Positions 38,369 to 49,485 of a stretch of DNA of 64,000 bases are shown in pieces (positions within the stretch are counted from its first letter, which is position 1; the number at the start of each line of letters is the position of its first letter). Both the position numbers and the translations under genes were made by a program. Below the pieces are notes generated by a model. That model was not told where the DNA came from, searched no databases, and saw only the letters and a program-made list of their open reading frames with translations. The stretch comes from Gammaproteobacteria bacterium (lineage in GTDB: Bacteria > Pseudomonadota > Gammaproteobacteria > JASBUN01), in NCBI GenBank assembly GCA_037385045.1, contig JARRNJ010000023.1, forward strand, positions 13,688-77,687, read 5' to 3'.

Positions 38369-39283
38369 ATGAAAAAATCGGTTCGCCGCCTGTGTGTGGC
38401 CGCGGTGCTGGCGATCGGGATTGCGCAGGCCGTTTCGGCCGCCGACGGCCCGCGCGCAGCGCTGTTGGCGCAGTACCAGCGTATTCTGCCGGAGCTGACC
38501 CGCAACAGCTTTGGTGTGCCCGTGTTCGTCCGTTCCACCGATGACGGCGACGTGTTGAGCGCGGACGTGTTCGGTGTGATCGAGCGGCCGCCGGAAACCG
38601 TGGCCGAGATCCTGGGCCAGCCCCGCGCTTGGTGTCAGTTCGTGCCGTTGACCTTGAACGTGAAGGCGTGCACCTATACACAGTACGCTCCGGATGTCCG
38701 CTTGACGCTGTTTATGGGGCGCAAGTACTACGAACCGCCGGAGAAGGCCTACCAGGTGCGTTACCGCTTCACCAGCAACCGCACACGGGACGGCGTGTTC
38801 CGGGTGGCGCTGTATGGCGGCGACGGTCCTCTGGGCACCGAGGATTACCGTATTGAGGTCGAGGCGACAGCGGTTGGGGCGGGCACTCTGGTGCACATCC
38901 GCTGCTCCTACCGGCCCAGCACCCGGAGCCGTTGGGCAACCGCCGCCTATCTCGCCACCCTGGGCCGTGACAAGGTCGGTTTCAGCCGTGTCGGGGTGGA
39001 CGCCGACGGCAAGCCGCTGTTGGTCGGCGGCGTGCGCGGCATCATCGAGCGCAACGTGATGCGCTATTACCTGGCGCTTGCCGCCGTGCTCGACACCCGG
39101 ACCGTACCTCTCGACGGCCGCTTCGAGGCGCGCATCCGCCGCTGGTTCGATCTTACCGAACGCTATCCGGCGCAGCTGCACGAACTGGACCGCACGGAAT
39201 ATCTGCAGGCCAAACGCCGGGAACATCGTAACCAGGAGCGCTTGCAGGCGGTGCAGACGGCCGCGCTCGGGCCCGGCTCGTGA
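38369..39283 (+). CDS. Exported hypothetical protein (possibly START-like)
   Basis: Signal peptide MKK...AVSA; WC....LNVKAC, YLAT.G..KVGF, RG..ERN.MRY, WF..TE.Y..QLHE. Confidence 0.75.
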   Translation: MKKSVRRLCVAAVLAIGIAQAVSAADGPRAALLAQYQRILPELTRNSFGVPVFVRSTDDGDVLSADVFGVIERPPETVAEILGQPRAWCQFVPLTLNVKACTYTQYAPDVRLTLFMGRKYYEPPEKAYQVRYRFTSNRTRDGVFRVALYGGDGPLGTEDYRIEVEATAVGAGTLVHIRCSYRPSTRSRWATAAYLATLGRDKVGFSRVGVDADGKPLLVGGVRGIIERNVMRYYLALAAVLDTRTVPLDGRFEARIRRWFDLTERYPAQLHELDRTEYLQAKRREHRNQERLQAVQTAALGPGS

Positions 39284-39543
39284 ACGGTCCGATAAATGGC
39301 GGGCCGGCCCGGTGCGTCGTCTACCGCAGCACACGCAAGGCCGACACCTATCTGTACATCGACCGTGAAGACGACTTCACCCGCGTGCCAGAACCGTTGC
39401 GGGTCATGCTCGGCGCTCTCGAGAGGGTGATGACGTTGGAGTTGGCGCCGGGGCGCAGGCTTGCGCGAGCCGACGTGGAAACGGTCCGCCGCCGGCTGGC
39501 CGAAGATGGCTACTACCTGCAGGTGCCGCCCGCGGTGTTCTGA
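39280..39543 (+). CDS. ycgL: YcgL domain protein
   Basis: C.VYRS.RK..TYLY, F..VPE.L...LG, LARAD...V...L...GYYLQ.PP. Confidence 0.88.
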   Translation: MNGPINGGPARCVVYRSTRKADTYLYIDREDDFTRVPEPLRVMLGALERVMTLELAPGRRLARADVETVRRRLAEDGYYLQVPPAVF

Positions 39544-39661
39544 AACCGGGCGACGCTGTCGCAAACGCTTTACATTTTCCCCGTTTGGGCTAAGTGTTAG
39601 ATGTGCCGGTCATGGGCGCGCCCCGGCGGCACCGTTTGCGTCGTTTGTATCGGGGGAGCTG

Positions 39662-40045
39662 ATGAACCTGGAGAAGGTGGTTTTTGCATTCTTTATCGTC
39701 CTGGCACTTACACTCAACTTCGGTTTCTTCGTCGGCGATATCGGCGATCCGGTACTGCACAGCGTCTATGAACTGTTTGCGGCCCTCGTCGTCAGCCTCA
39801 TCGCCACCGTGATGAAATTCGGCGACCGCACCCATCTGGGCGCCGTATTGCTGGCGACCAGTCTGGTGGCGGACCTGCAGCTGGTGGCGGCGGTCGTGGT
39901 CTGGGGTGCCGCGGTGTACGTCGCGCACGCCGGTCTGACCACCCACATCATGGCCAGCATTGTGTCGCTGTCCGGCGGCGCGCTGCTGGCCAACATCACC
40001 TCCGTCGTGTTGCTGGTGGTGGAAACGGTGATGCTGAGGCGCTGA
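39662..40045 (+). CDS. DUF6394-like small membrane protein
   Basis: MNLEKV..FF..LA.TLNFGFF.G, KFGDR, LATSLVADLQL, SLSGGAL.AN. Confidence 0.75.
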   Translation: MNLEKVVFAFFIVLALTLNFGFFVGDIGDPVLHSVYELFAALVVSLIATVMKFGDRTHLGAVLLATSLVADLQLVAAVVVWGAAVYVAHAGLTTHIMASIVSLSGGALLANITSVVLLVVETVMLRR

Positions 40046-40063
40046 GGCGCGGGCGGGGTTCCA

Positions 40064-41779
40064 ATGCAGAACGTGGTCTACCTGCTGTTTCGCCGCATGC
40101 GCATGCCGCTGGTGGTGCTGATCTGCACCTATGCGCTGTCGGTACTGGGGTTCGTGTTGATTCCGGGCGTCGATGCGCACGGCCGTCCCTGGCACATGGA
40201 TTTCTTTCACGCGTTCTACTTCGTCAGCTTCATGGGCTCCACCATCGGCTTCGGCGAATTGCCCTATCCGTTCACCGGCGGGCAACGGCTCTGGACCATG
40301 ATTTCCATCTATGCCACGGTGGTGGCGTGGCTGTATGCCATCGGCGCGGTGTTGTCCATGCTCCAGGACCCGGCGTTCCGGCGCCTGGTCCGGTATTCGG
40401 TCTTCACCCGCGCCGTGCGCCGCATTACCGAACCTTTCCACCTGGTGTGCGGCTACGGGGACACGGGCGGCATGGTGGTCGCCGCGCTGGCCGAGCGGGG
40501 CATGCGCACGGTGGTTATTGATATCAACCAGGAGCGCATCGACGGCCTGGAAGTCGCCGACTACCGGATCAACGTCCCGGGGCTGTGCGCCGATGCGACC
40601 GACATCGACGCCCTGACCGCCGCCGGCATGACCCATCCGTGTTGTTCAGGGGTGTTGGCGCTGACCAACTTCGATCAGGTCAATGTGACCGTGGCGATTA
40701 CGGCCAAGCTTATGGCGCCATCGCTGACCGTCATCAGCCGTGCGGAATACCAGGACACCATGGCCAACCTGGATTCGTTCGGCACTGACCACATCGTCAA
40801 CCCGTTCGAGACCTTCGCCAACCGTTTCGCCATGGCCATCCATTCACCGAGCATGCACTTGTTGTACGAATGGATGACCAGCACCGCTCACACTGTATCC
40901 ATGCAGCTGCTGGAGCCCCCTCGCGGTACCTGGGTGCTGTGCGGGTACGGCAGGATGGGCAAGGCGTTGCACCGCTACCTGGCGTTCGAAGGCGTACGCA
41001 CGGTGGTGGTGGAAGCCGATCCAGCCGCCACGGGGGCGCCGGAGGAAGGCATCATTCACGGCCGCGGCACGGAGGCGGTCACCCTGAGGGAGGCCAAGGT
41101 CGAAGACGCCGTAGGCATCATCGCGGGAACGGACGACGACGCCAACAACCTGTCCATCGTCGTCACCGCCAGGGAGATGAACCCGGGCCTGTTCACCGTC
41201 GCAAGGCAGATGCACCGGCGCAACGACGCGCTGTTCGATGCCGCGCGCCTGGGCCTGACCATGCAGCCGGGTACGATCATGGCCCGCCATATTCTCGCCT
41301 TCATCACGACGCCGTTGCTGGGCAGCTTTCTGCGCTTGGCCCGTCACCGCGACAACGAGTGGGCCAACCTGCTGATCAGCCGCATCTCTGGCCTGATCGC
41401 CGACGAGGCGCCGGATACCTGGACTCTGCCCGTCGACGCCGAAGAGATGCCGGCAGTGTTCGAGTCACTGGCCGAAGGCGTGCCGGTGACGTTGCAGGTG
41501 TTGTGCGCGAACCCGCGCAAGCGTACGGAGGCGTTGCCTTGTCTGGCACTGCTGCTGGTGCGCGGTGACGACGAGATGCTGCTGCCGGAAACGGCGATAC
41601 CGCTTGAGCAAGGCGATCAGCTGTTGTTCTGCGGGCGGCGGGAGGCGGCGCGGGCGATGCTGTGGGCGGCGCGTAACCGCAACGTGCTCGGTTACCTGCG
41701 CGACGGTATCGACCGTCCAACGGGTACCGTGTGGCGCTGGCTGGCGGGGGATGGCGCACGCGCTCGGACGTCCGGTTGA
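40064..41779 (+). CDS. Potassium channel protein with two TrkA-N/RCK domains
   Basis: Pore motif STIGFGE, two Rossmann motifs VCGYGDTG and LCGYGRMG, C-terminal TrkA-C-like segment. Confidence 0.88.
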   Translation: MQNVVYLLFRRMRMPLVVLICTYALSVLGFVLIPGVDAHGRPWHMDFFHAFYFVSFMGSTIGFGELPYPFTGGQRLWTMISIYATVVAWLYAIGAVLSMLQDPAFRRLVRYSVFTRAVRRITEPFHLVCGYGDTGGMVVAALAERGMRTVVIDINQERIDGLEVADYRINVPGLCADATDIDALTAAGMTHPCCSGVLALTNFDQVNVTVAITAKLMAPSLTVISRAEYQDTMANLDSFGTDHIVNPFETFANRFAMAIHSPSMHLLYEWMTSTAHTVSMQLLEPPRGTWVLCGYGRMGKALHRYLAFEGVRTVVVEADPAATGAPEEGIIHGRGTEAVTLREAKVEDAVGIIAGTDDDANNLSIVVTAREMNPGLFTVARQMHRRNDALFDAARLGLTMQPGTIMARHILAFITTPLLGSFLRLARHRDNEWANLLISRISGLIADEAPDTWTLPVDAEEMPAVFESLAEGVPVTLQVLCANPRKRTEALPCLALLLVRGDDEMLLPETAIPLEQGDQLLFCGRREAARAMLWAARNRNVLGYLRDGIDRPTGTVWRWLAGDGARARTSG

Positions 41780-41791
41780 CGCGTGCGGCGC

Positions 41792-43147
41792 TCAGGCCTG
41801 GGATTGGCGCGATGGGGCCGACACCGGGCGACTTTCAGCCACCAGGTCGCGCAGCGTGCGATGGTCAAGCGTCTCCTCCCACGCGCGGTCCAACGAGCCC
41901 AGCACCTGCTCCACCGCCGGCTCGAACGGCAGCCGTTCGCTGTTGAGGTACGGCGTTTCGCCGGCGGTGCGCACGGCTTCGAGAATCTCCCGCACTTCGA
42001 TACTCTCCAGAGAGTGCCCGGGCAGGAAGACCGGCGGCTCACCCTCGGTCGGTTCCAGCAACTCGCGCTGGTGGAGGGTTGCAAGCAGGTGGTCCATGGT
42101 CTCCATGGGCACGCGCAGATGCTGCGCCAGGGCCTCGGCGGTCCATCCCGGGACGCGGCGGTGGAAGTTCTGCCCGATCAGCGTCATCACCAGCAGAGCC
42201 AGACGCTCCTTCATGCGCCCGCTGAGCGACAGTTCCGGCCGGCGGTAGGTGACGAATTCCGGATGTTGATGGTAGAAGGCAATGCTGCCGCCCACCAGCA
42301 GAATCAGCCAGCTGGTGTAGAGCCAGATCATCAACACGAGCAGCGTGGCGAAGGTCGAGTAGATAGCGGTGTACTTGGTCGAACCGACGATGAACGAAGC
42401 GAACAGCCAGCCGGCCGTTTCCCACAGGAAGCCGGCCACGACCGCCCCGACCAGCGCCGAGCGGGCGCGCACCTTGGTATTGGGGATGAAGACGTAGATG
42501 AAGGCGAAGGCGGCAATGATCAGCAAATAGGGAACCAGGCGGCTCGCGGCTTCCACCGCTCCGCCGAACGGGGCGATCAAACGCTGTACGATCTCGTTGC
42601 TCATGACCGACGCGGTGAGGCCAAGGGCGGAAAACACCAATACGGGCCCGATGAGAATGACGCTGAGATAGTCGCTGAAGCGCTGGGAGAACGGCCGGTG
42701 GTGCGACACGTGCCAGGTGTAGTTGAACGTGCGTTCCACCTTCTGCAGCAGCGACACCACGGTGTAGAGCAGAAAAGCCAGGCCCACCGCCCCGAGCACG
42801 CCGGCCTTGACGTTCTCAACGAATTCGATGATGCGGTTGCTGATCTCGATACCCTTGGCGCCCAGCGGCGCCAGCAGCCGGAGCACCAGTGGTTCGATCT
42901 GGTTGTGTACGCCGAAGGCCTTGAGCACCGAAAAACTCACGGCCAGCAGCGGGACGATGGACAGCAGAGTCGTGTAGACCAGACTCATGGCCCGCAATGT
43001 GAGCTGGCCGTCAAGCAGGTCGCGGGCCACGACATAGATCAGGCGCAGTGCCTGGACTCCCTTGGCTTTCCAGAACGGGAGCGTGTCCAGATCCGCCAGC
43101 CACAAGCGCTCGGTAATTTTGTCCTGAATCTGCGCGAATTTCGTCAT
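41792..43147 (-). CDS. YihY/BrkB family membrane protein with C-terminal Rrf2-like HTH
   Basis: A.SL.YTTLLSIVPLLA, E..FN..W, IPNT.V, Y..IY..FA, W.Y.SW...L.G; HTH-like tail. Confidence 0.9.
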   Translation of the reverse strand: MTKFAQIQDKITERLWLADLDTLPFWKAKGVQALRLIYVVARDLLDGQLTLRAMSLVYTTLLSIVPLLAVSFSVLKAFGVHNQIEPLVLRLLAPLGAKGIEISNRIIEFVENVKAGVLGAVGLAFLLYTVVSLLQKVERTFNYTWHVSHHRPFSQRFSDYLSVILIGPVLVFSALGLTASVMSNEIVQRLIAPFGGAVEAASRLVPYLLIIAAFAFIYVFIPNTKVRARSALVGAVVAGFLWETAGWLFASFIVGSTKYTAIYSTFATLLVLMIWLYTSWLILLVGGSIAFYHQHPEFVTYRRPELSLSGRMKERLALLVMTLIGQNFHRRVPGWTAEALAQHLRVPMETMDHLLATLHQRELLEPTEGEPPVFLPGHSLESIEVREILEAVRTAGETPYLNSERLPFEPAVEQVLGSLDRAWEETLDHRTLRDLVAESRPVSAPSRQSQA

Positions 43148-43436
43148 GTTCCCCACTGACCGGAGCCGACTCCAGCGTCACGCCCGGCGCGATCAACTCC
43201 GGGCATGCTCATTAGAGCATAGTCTATGGGGATTATGCGTCCTGCGGGTGTCCGGTGCCATTGAGGCGCGACGCGGCAACCGCCGCGGCCGCAGCCGACG
43301 GAGTGCCGGTGCCCGAATCGGCAGACCGGCAGCGTCGGCGCCGAGCGGGCATCCTGCAACGACGGAGTTGGCTCTCCGCTGGCCTCCGGGCACCCATTAC
43401 CGGGCGCCCGCCGCGGGATCGATGCCGCGCGGCCGA

Positions 43437-43805
43437 CTAGGCGCCCGCGAGCCGGTGATCGACCTCCGCTTCAGCGGCCAGCCAGTCGTCCAATGGACTG
43501 CCCCCGGCGAAGCCCCGTTGCTCGGCGAGCAGGTAGGCGACTTCGGCGATCATCTGCCAACGCTCCTGCGGGGTCGGCGCGGTGGCGGCGGCTGAGGTCG
43601 ATGCACGCTTTTTGATTGCCGGATTGGTTTCGTTGCCGGCCCCGTTGCCTTTGGTTTTGGCGCCCGCCTTGGCTTTGGTGGCGGTTGAATCAGCCGGCGG
43701 TCTGGCGCTTGCGCGGACCTCGATCCGACCGGCCCCCGATGCCGTTGCAGGTGCGGCGCCTGTACGGTGCCGCTCGGCGGAACGACCAAGCAGATTTTGC
43801 GCCAA
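43437..43805 (-). CDS. DUF2934 domain protein
   Basis: ER.QMIAEVAYLLAEQRGF.GG....DWL.AE.E signature; start uncertain (TTG). Confidence 0.8.
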   Translation of the reverse strand: MAQNLLGRSAERHRTGAAPATASGAGRIEVRASARPPADSTATKAKAGAKTKGNGAGNETNPAIKKRASTSAAATAPTPQERWQMIAEVAYLLAEQRGFAGGSPLDDWLAAEAEVDHRLAGA

Positions 43806-43822
43806 GCGCCTGGATACCGCAG

Positions 43823-44134
43823 TTACCTGGCTGCATCAGTGGCTTGGCCGAGGCGCCGCGATTGCGCGTTTGCACCACCATGCAGCACCGGTGTCGCCGC
43901 GTGCATCGCGGACGGGCGCCGGGCGGCGCGAAATTCGTCCGGCGGCTGTCCCGGCGGGGATTCCGGTGACGGTTCAGTCGGCACGTCGTCCGGTCTGGCC
44001 GGTGGGAATTCGGGCGGGATGTCCGGCGCAGGCACCTCGGGAGGTGTTTGCGGCGGCTGTTCAGGCGGCGGCGCCGGTGGCGCATCGGGCGGCTCGCCCG
44101 CGCGTCGCTGAATCTGTCCATTGGCGAACCGCAT
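43823..44134 (-). CDS. Proline/acid-rich hypothetical protein
   Basis: PPDAPPAPPPEQPPQTPPEVPAPDIPPEFPP low-complexity ORF; weak RBS. Confidence 0.4.
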   Translation of the reverse strand: MRFANGQIQRRAGEPPDAPPAPPPEQPPQTPPEVPAPDIPPEFPPARPDDVPTEPSPESPPGQPPDEFRAARRPSAMHAATPVLHGGANAQSRRLGQATDAAR

Positions 44135-44240
44135 GCCGTCAGTGCCTTTGTTACCTGCAGCCCCTTACGTCTTTCCAACACAGTGTAGGCAGCGCCCGCG
44201 TGAATGCAACGGGGCATCGGCTCTGGTGATCCCGATGGTG

Positions 44241-44489
44241 CTAGTGCACGCTGACCGGGATCACTGCAATCTCGTCCTCGTCAGTGACGGAGGTGCCGGC
44301 TCCGGCGCGTGTTTTATTGACGGTGACCTGCACGCTGCCATCGGCTAATGCCCGCTTCCAGCGCGGGCCCCGCTGGCGCAGCCAGTGCAGCAGGCTGTCT
44401 ACGTCGGCTACCGACGGTGGTAGATGGGGATGTTCGAAGGCCGTGCCGAGCGCGTCCGGGAGGGAGCCGAAATAGAGAATGCTGGCCAT
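44241..44489 (-). CDS. MoaD/ThiS-like ubiquitin-fold protein lacking the C-terminal GG
   Basis: ILYFG.L...LG, L..WLR.RG..W..AL, V.VN, DEDEIAV.P; ends VSVH. Confidence 0.8.
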   Translation of the reverse strand: MASILYFGSLPDALGTAFEHPHLPPSVADVDSLLHWLRQRGPRWKRALADGSVQVTVNKTRAGAGTSVTDEDEIAVIPVSVH

Positions 44490-44529
44490 GCTGACGATCC
44501 GCTGACGGTGAAGGCCCGGGGGCCCGGAA

Positions 44530-44736
44530 TCAGGCGTTGAGGTCCGGGATGAGTTGGCTTTGCAGCCGCTGGATGGCGTCCTTGAGTTGCAGTTTGCGCT
44601 TCTTCAGCCGCCGCATCTGCAGCTGGTCGACGTAGGTGTTCTCCTCCAAGCCCTGGATTGCGGTGTCCAGGGCGCGGTGTTCAAGCTGCAGGTCTGCCAG
44701 CTGCTGTTTCAGGGATTCGATGTCCGGTGCGCTCAT
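44530..44736 (-). CDS. DUF465/YdcH family coiled-coil protein
   Basis: L..EHR.LD..I, DQLQ..RLKKRKL.LKD.I, LIPDLNA. Confidence 0.9.
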   Translation of the reverse strand: MSAPDIESLKQQLADLQLEHRALDTAIQGLEENTYVDQLQMRRLKKRKLQLKDAIQRLQSQLIPDLNA

Positions 44737-44917
44737 GGCGGCTGCGGTTCCACGCAGGAGATACCATAGCACATCAGGGGCCAGCGCGGGCGCGGCAAGA
44801 TTCCTTGGCAATGCTATAGGATTGCCCTGGAACTGTTATAATCGGGTGCCATCAGGGGGTTCGGGCCGGCCGGCAGGCGGCGGAAGCCCTATTCACGTGA
44901 TTGTTCCGGTGCAAACC

Positions 44918-47083
44918 ATGCAGGCCCCGCGCGGCATATTCTCCTACCGGCCCTACTGGGCCAAGCGCTTCGGCTCGGTTCCCCAGCTGCCCGTCTCCCG
45001 GAGCGAAATGGAAGCGCTCGGCTGGGATTCGTGCGATATCGTTCTCGTTACGGGTGATGCCTATGTGGATCATCCAAGCTTCGGCATGGCGGTGATCGGG
45101 CGGCTGCTGGAAGCCCACGGGTTCCGGGTCGGCATCATCGCCCAACCGGATTGGAACTCGGCGGCCGATTTTGCCGCGCTGGGCCGACCCAACCTGTTTT
45201 TCGGCGTCACCGGCGGCAATATGGACTCCATGGTCAACCGTTATACCGCCGACCGGCGGGTGCGCTCCAACGACGCCTACACCCCCGACGGCGCCGGCGG
45301 CCGGCGGCCGGACCGGGCGGTGCTGGTCTACGCCCAGCGGGTGCGGCAGGCCTACCGCGATGTCCCCGTCGTGCTGGGGGGCATCGAAGCCAGCCTGCGC
45401 CGGGTGGCCCACTACGATTATTGGTCGGACAAGGTGCGCCGTTCGGTGCTGCTGGATGCCAAGGCGGATCTGTTGGTGTTCGGCAACGGGGAGCGCCAGA
45501 TCGTGGAGATTGCCCACCGTCTGGCCGCCAGAGAGCCGATCGGTGCCCTGAAAGACATTCGTGGCACCGCATTCCTATGCCGGGAGACCCCGGCAGGGTG
45601 GACCGAGTTGGACGCCGGTGCCATCGATACTCCCGGCCCGACGGCGCCGCCACAGGATCCCTACGCAAGTGAAGTCGGGGGAGCGGCCTGCGCCGGGACC
45701 GGCGCAGCTGCCGTGGCGCCGCCGCGGCGGGCCCGGCGCCTGGAGCGCGAGCGGACCGTGGTCCGCCTGCCATCCTATGAAGCGGTGCGCGACGACCCGG
45801 TGCTCTATGCCCACGCGTCGCGGGTGCTGCACCTGGAGACCAACCCGGGCAACGCCCGCGCGCTGGTGCAGCGCCACGGCGACCGGCAGTTGTGGCTGAA
45901 TCCACCGCCGATACCGTTGACCACCGCGGAACTGGACGGGGTGTTCGAGCTTCCTTACAGCCGGGTACCGCACCACACCTACGGGGACGCCAACATCCCT
46001 GCCTACGAAATGATCCGCTTCTCGGTCAACATCATGCGCGGCTGCTTCGGCGGCTGCACCTTCTGCTCCATCACCGAGCACGAAGGGCGGGTGATTCAGA
46101 GCCGGTCGGAAGACTCCATCATCCGGGAAGTGGAAACCATACGCGACACGGCGCCGGGCTTCACGGGGGTGATCTCCGATCTCGGCGGTCCGACGGCCAA
46201 CATGTACCGCCTGGCGTGCAAGAGCAGGAGCATCGAAGCGGCCTGCCGGCGGCCGTCGTGCGTCCATCCGGAGATCTGTTCGAATCTCAACACCGATCAC
46301 CGCCCGCTCATTCACCTCTACCGGCGGGCGCGCAGGGTGCCGGGGATCAAGAAGATTCTCGTGGCCTCCGGTTTGCGCTACGACCTGGCGGTGCGCTCGC
46401 CTGAGTACGTCAAAGAGCTCGTGACCCACCACGTGGGCGGTTACCTCAAGATCGCGCCCGAGCACACCGAGCCCGGGCCCTTGTCGAAGATGATGAAGCC
46501 CGGCATGGGCGCCTATTACCGTTTCAAGGAGCTGTTCGACAAGTACTCGCACCTGGCCGGCAAGGAACAGTACCTGATTCCCTATTTCATCGCCGCCCAT
46601 CCCGGAACCACCGACGAGGACATGCTGCAGCTGGCCCTGTGGCTGAAACGCAATGGCTTTCGCGCCGACCAGGTGCAGAATTTTCTGCCGTCGCCCATGG
46701 CCACGGCGACGGCCATGTACCATTCGGGAAAAAATCCGCTGCGCAAGGTCACCGCAACCAGCGAAGCGGTGTTCGTGGCCAGGGGTGCGCGCCGGCGGCG
46801 CCTGCACAAGGCGTTTCTGCGCTACCATGATCCGGACAACTGGCCGCTGCTGCGCGACGCGCTCAGACGCATGGGGCGCGCCGACCTGATCGGCAACGGG
46901 AAGCGGCACCTGGTGCCGTCCTGGCAGCCGGCCGGCACCGGCGCGGCGCGGCGCGGGGCCGGTGGTGGCGGGCGCGGCAGGCGCTTCCGCACTCAGCACA
47001 CGGGTCTTCCCGACCGCGCCTCGTCGTCGCAGTCCGGACCGGGGCCCGGGAAGGCACGAGGGCCGGGCGCCAAAACGCGCTGA
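44918..47083 (+). CDS. ygiQ: YgiQ/UPF0313 family radical SAM protein
   Basis: [29 protein letters not shown] (CxxxCxxC), [19 protein letters not shown]. Confidence 0.95.
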   Translation: MQAPRGIFSYRPYWAKRFGSVPQLPVSRSEMEALGWDSCDIVLVTGDAYVDHPSFGMAVIGRLLEAHGFRVGIIAQPDWNSAADFAALGRPNLFFGVTGGNMDSMVNRYTADRRVRSNDAYTPDGAGGRRPDRAVLVYAQRVRQAYRDVPVVLGGIEASLRRVAHYDYWSDKVRRSVLLDAKADLLVFGNGERQIVEIAHRLAAREPIGALKDIRGTAFLCRETPAGWTELDAGAIDTPGPTAPPQDPYASEVGGAACAGTGAAAVAPPRRARRLERERTVVRLPSYEAVRDDPVLYAHASRVLHLETNPGNARALVQRHGDRQLWLNPPPIPLTTAELDGVFELPYSRVPHHTYGDANIPAYEMIRFSVNIMRGCFGGCTFCSITEHEGRVIQSRSEDSIIREVETIRDTAPGFTGVISDLGGPTANMYRLACKSRSIEAACRRPSCVHPEICSNLNTDHRPLIHLYRRARRVPGIKKILVASGLRYDLAVRSPEYVKELVTHHVGGYLKIAPEHTEPGPLSKMMKPGMGAYYRFKELFDKYSHLAGKEQYLIPYFIAAHPGTTDEDMLQLALWLKRNGFRADQVQNFLPSPMATATAMYHSGKNPLRKVTATSEAVFVARGARRRRLHKAFLRYHDPDNWPLLRDALRRMGRADLIGNGKRHLVPSWQPAGTGAARRGAGGGGRGRRFRTQHTGLPDRASSSQSGPGPGKARGPGAKTR

Positions 47084-47142
47084 GCGTGGTCGCCGCGCGA
47101 GGTCCGGCGTCCTGAGGGGATAGCGGCGGAGGTGAGCGTGCG

Positions 47143-48186
47143 ATGACGGCAAGAGTCACCATTCAACCCAGCGGCACCGAGTTCCGGGTCGAGCGTGGGG
47201 AAACCGTGCTCGAAGCGGCCCTGCGCTCCGGCGTGGCGCTCAATTATAACTGCGGCAATGGAACCTGCGGCGACTGCAAGGCCAGGGTGCTGTCGGGACG
47301 CCCGGCCGAAGAGCTGCCTCACGACTACGTGCTCAAGGAGGTGGAGAGGAGTCTCGGCATGGTGTTGTTGTGCTGTACCAGGACCGACGAGGACCTGGTC
47401 GTCGAGGCCGCCCAGGCCGGCGCGCCGGCGGACATCCTGCCGGAGCGCATCACCACCACGGTCTACCGCCTGCAACAACCCACCGACGAGGTAATGCTGC
47501 TGGAGCTGCGCACGCCACGCAGCAACACGCTGCGGTTTCTGGCTGGACAGTATGCACGTATCGAGCTCGACGGGATTCCTGCGCACAGCGCCGCCATTGC
47601 CAGCTGCCCCTGCAACGGCATGTATCTGCAATTCCATCTGCGCCGGGTGCCGGGCGACGCGTTTTCAGATTACGTGTTCACCAAGCTAAGGACCCGCCAG
47701 AAGGTGGACGTTGAAGGCCCCTTCGGCGACTTCGTGCTCGACGAGCAATCCAACCGGCCGATTGTGTTTCTGGCTTTCGGCATCGGATTTGCGCCGCTCA
47801 AGAGCCTCATCGAGCATGCCATTGCCCTGGAGTTGGCGCAGCCCATGCGCCTGTACTGGGTGGCGTCGGACGCCCGCGCCCATTATCTGTCCAACTATTG
47901 CCGCTCCTGGCAGGATGCGCTGGATGATTTCACCTTCGTGCCGGTAAGCGGCGCGAATCAAAGCGGACATACGGCCAACCGCGCGTCGGGGCAGGCCGGC
48001 CTCACGGCACGGCAGCGGGCGATGCTGGATGCGGCGTCCGAGCTGCTGAACCGGGAGCCCGATCTCAGCGGTTTCGATCTCTACTGCAGCGGCCCGAAGT
48101 CGATCGTGGAACGGTTCCAGGCGCTCCTGCTGCAGCACGGGATTCCACCCGACCGGCTGTTCCTCGATTACACTGAAAAGCATTGA
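47143..48186 (+). CDS. 2Fe-2S ferredoxin / FAD-NAD reductase (CDP-6-deoxy-glucoseen reductase-like)
   Basis: C.NGTCGDC...LLCC 2Fe-2S ligands, F.AGQY, EGPFG.F, G.GFAP.KS. Confidence 0.85.
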   Translation: MTARVTIQPSGTEFRVERGETVLEAALRSGVALNYNCGNGTCGDCKARVLSGRPAEELPHDYVLKEVERSLGMVLLCCTRTDEDLVVEAAQAGAPADILPERITTTVYRLQQPTDEVMLLELRTPRSNTLRFLAGQYARIELDGIPAHSAAIASCPCNGMYLQFHLRRVPGDAFSDYVFTKLRTRQKVDVEGPFGDFVLDEQSNRPIVFLAFGIGFAPLKSLIEHAIALELAQPMRLYWVASDARAHYLSNYCRSWQDALDDFTFVPVSGANQSGHTANRASGQAGLTARQRAMLDAASELLNREPDLSGFDLYCSGPKSIVERFQALLLQHGIPPDRLFLDYTEKH

Positions 48187-48288
48187 CTGTCGCACGGCGC
48201 CGGCGTTGCACGCGCGGCCGCCATGCCTGTTCATCGACGCCGGGCTGTAATAGCATTGACGCGCCAGTTCATCGAAGGAGTCGGAGCC

Positions 48289-49485
48289 ATGCGATTAGGT
48301 ACGCCCCTTTCACCCAGCGCAACGCGAGTGATGCTGCTCGGCAGCGGCGAGCTGGGCAAAGAAGTCATCATTGCCCTGCAACGGCTCGGCGTCGAAGTGA
48401 TTGCCGTTGACCGCTACGCCAACGCGCCTGGGCATCAGGTGGCGCACCGCGCCCATGTGATCAATATGGCCGATGGGGAACAGCTGCGGGCGCTGGTGGA
48501 GCAGGAGCGCCCGCAGATCATCGTGCCGGAGATCGAGGCCATTGCCACCGACACCCTGGCGGAGATCGAGGCCGAGAACCTGGCGGAAGTCATCCCCACC
48601 GCCCGCGCGACGCAGCTGACCATGAACCGCGAAGGCATCCGGCGCCTGGCCGCCGAGGAGCTGGAACTGCCTACCTCGCGCTACGCATTCGCGGAAAGCC
48701 TCAACGAGCTGCAGATGGCCATTGACGGCGGCATCGGCTACCCGTGCATCGTCAAGCCGGTGATGTCATCGTCGGGCAAGGGCCAGTCCATGCTCCGTGG
48801 CCCGGACGACGTCGGCCCGGCCTGGGACTATGCCATGCGCGGCGGGCGGGTGCAGCGGACGCGGGTGATCGTCGAGGAGATGATCGATTTCGACTACGAG
48901 ATCACCCAGCTGACGGTGCGCGCCGTGGGGGACGACGGGGAGGTACAGACGCATTTCTGCGAACCCATCGGCCACCGGCAGGAAAAAGGCGATTACGTGG
49001 AAAGCTGGCAGCCCCAGTCCATGACCGCGGCTGCGCGAGCGCGCGCGCAGGAGATCGCCGGCGCCGTCACCGCAAACTTGGGCGGGCGCGGCATTTTTGG
49101 CGTGGAGTTGTTCGTCAAGGGCGACCACGTCTGGTTCAGCGAAGTCAGCCCGCGCCCCCACGATACCGGCATGGTCACCATGATCACCCAGCTGCAGAAC
49201 GAATTCGAACTGCACGCACGCGCTATTCTCGGCCTGCCGGTGTCGGTGGCGCTGCAAAGCGCCGGCGCCAGCGCCGTCATCTACGGCGGCGTCGACGCCA
49301 CCGGCATCGCCTTCGACGGCGTGGAGCAAGCGCTGCGCGTGCCCCGGACCGACCTGCGCCTGTTCGGCAAGCCCGAGTCCTTCGTGCGCCGGCGCATGGG
49401 TGTGGCTCTGGCGTGGGGCGATGACGCGGAGGAGTGTCGCACCCGGGCGAAGCTGGCTGCCTCCAAGGTCAGGCCGACGGAATAG
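48289..49485 (+). CDS. purT: Formate-dependent phosphoribosylglycinamide formyltransferase
   Basis: [54 protein letters not shown]. Confidence 0.97.
   Translation: MRLGTPLSPSATRVMLLGSGELGKEVIIALQRLGVEVIAVDRYANAPGHQVAHRAHVINMADGEQLRALVEQERPQIIVPEIEAIATDTLAEIEAENLAEVIPTARATQLTMNREGIRRLAAEELELPTSRYAFAESLNELQMAIDGGIGYPCIVKPVMSSSGKGQSMLRGPDDVGPAWDYAMRGGRVQRTRVIVEEMIDFDYEITQLTVRAVGDDGEVQTHFCEPIGHRQEKGDYVESWQPQSMTAAARARAQEIAGAVTANLGGRGIFGVELFVKGDHVWFSEVSPRPHDTGMVTMITQLQNEFELHARAILGLPVSVALQSAGASAVIYGGVDATGIAFDGVEQALRVPRTDLRLFGKPESFVRRRMGVALAWGDDAEECRTRAKLAASKVRPTE

Noticed and set aside
39544-39661. c-di-GMP or other riboswitch upstream of the K+ channel operon
   Set aside because: Only a GCAAAC fragment is present; the tetraloop/receptor architecture is missing.
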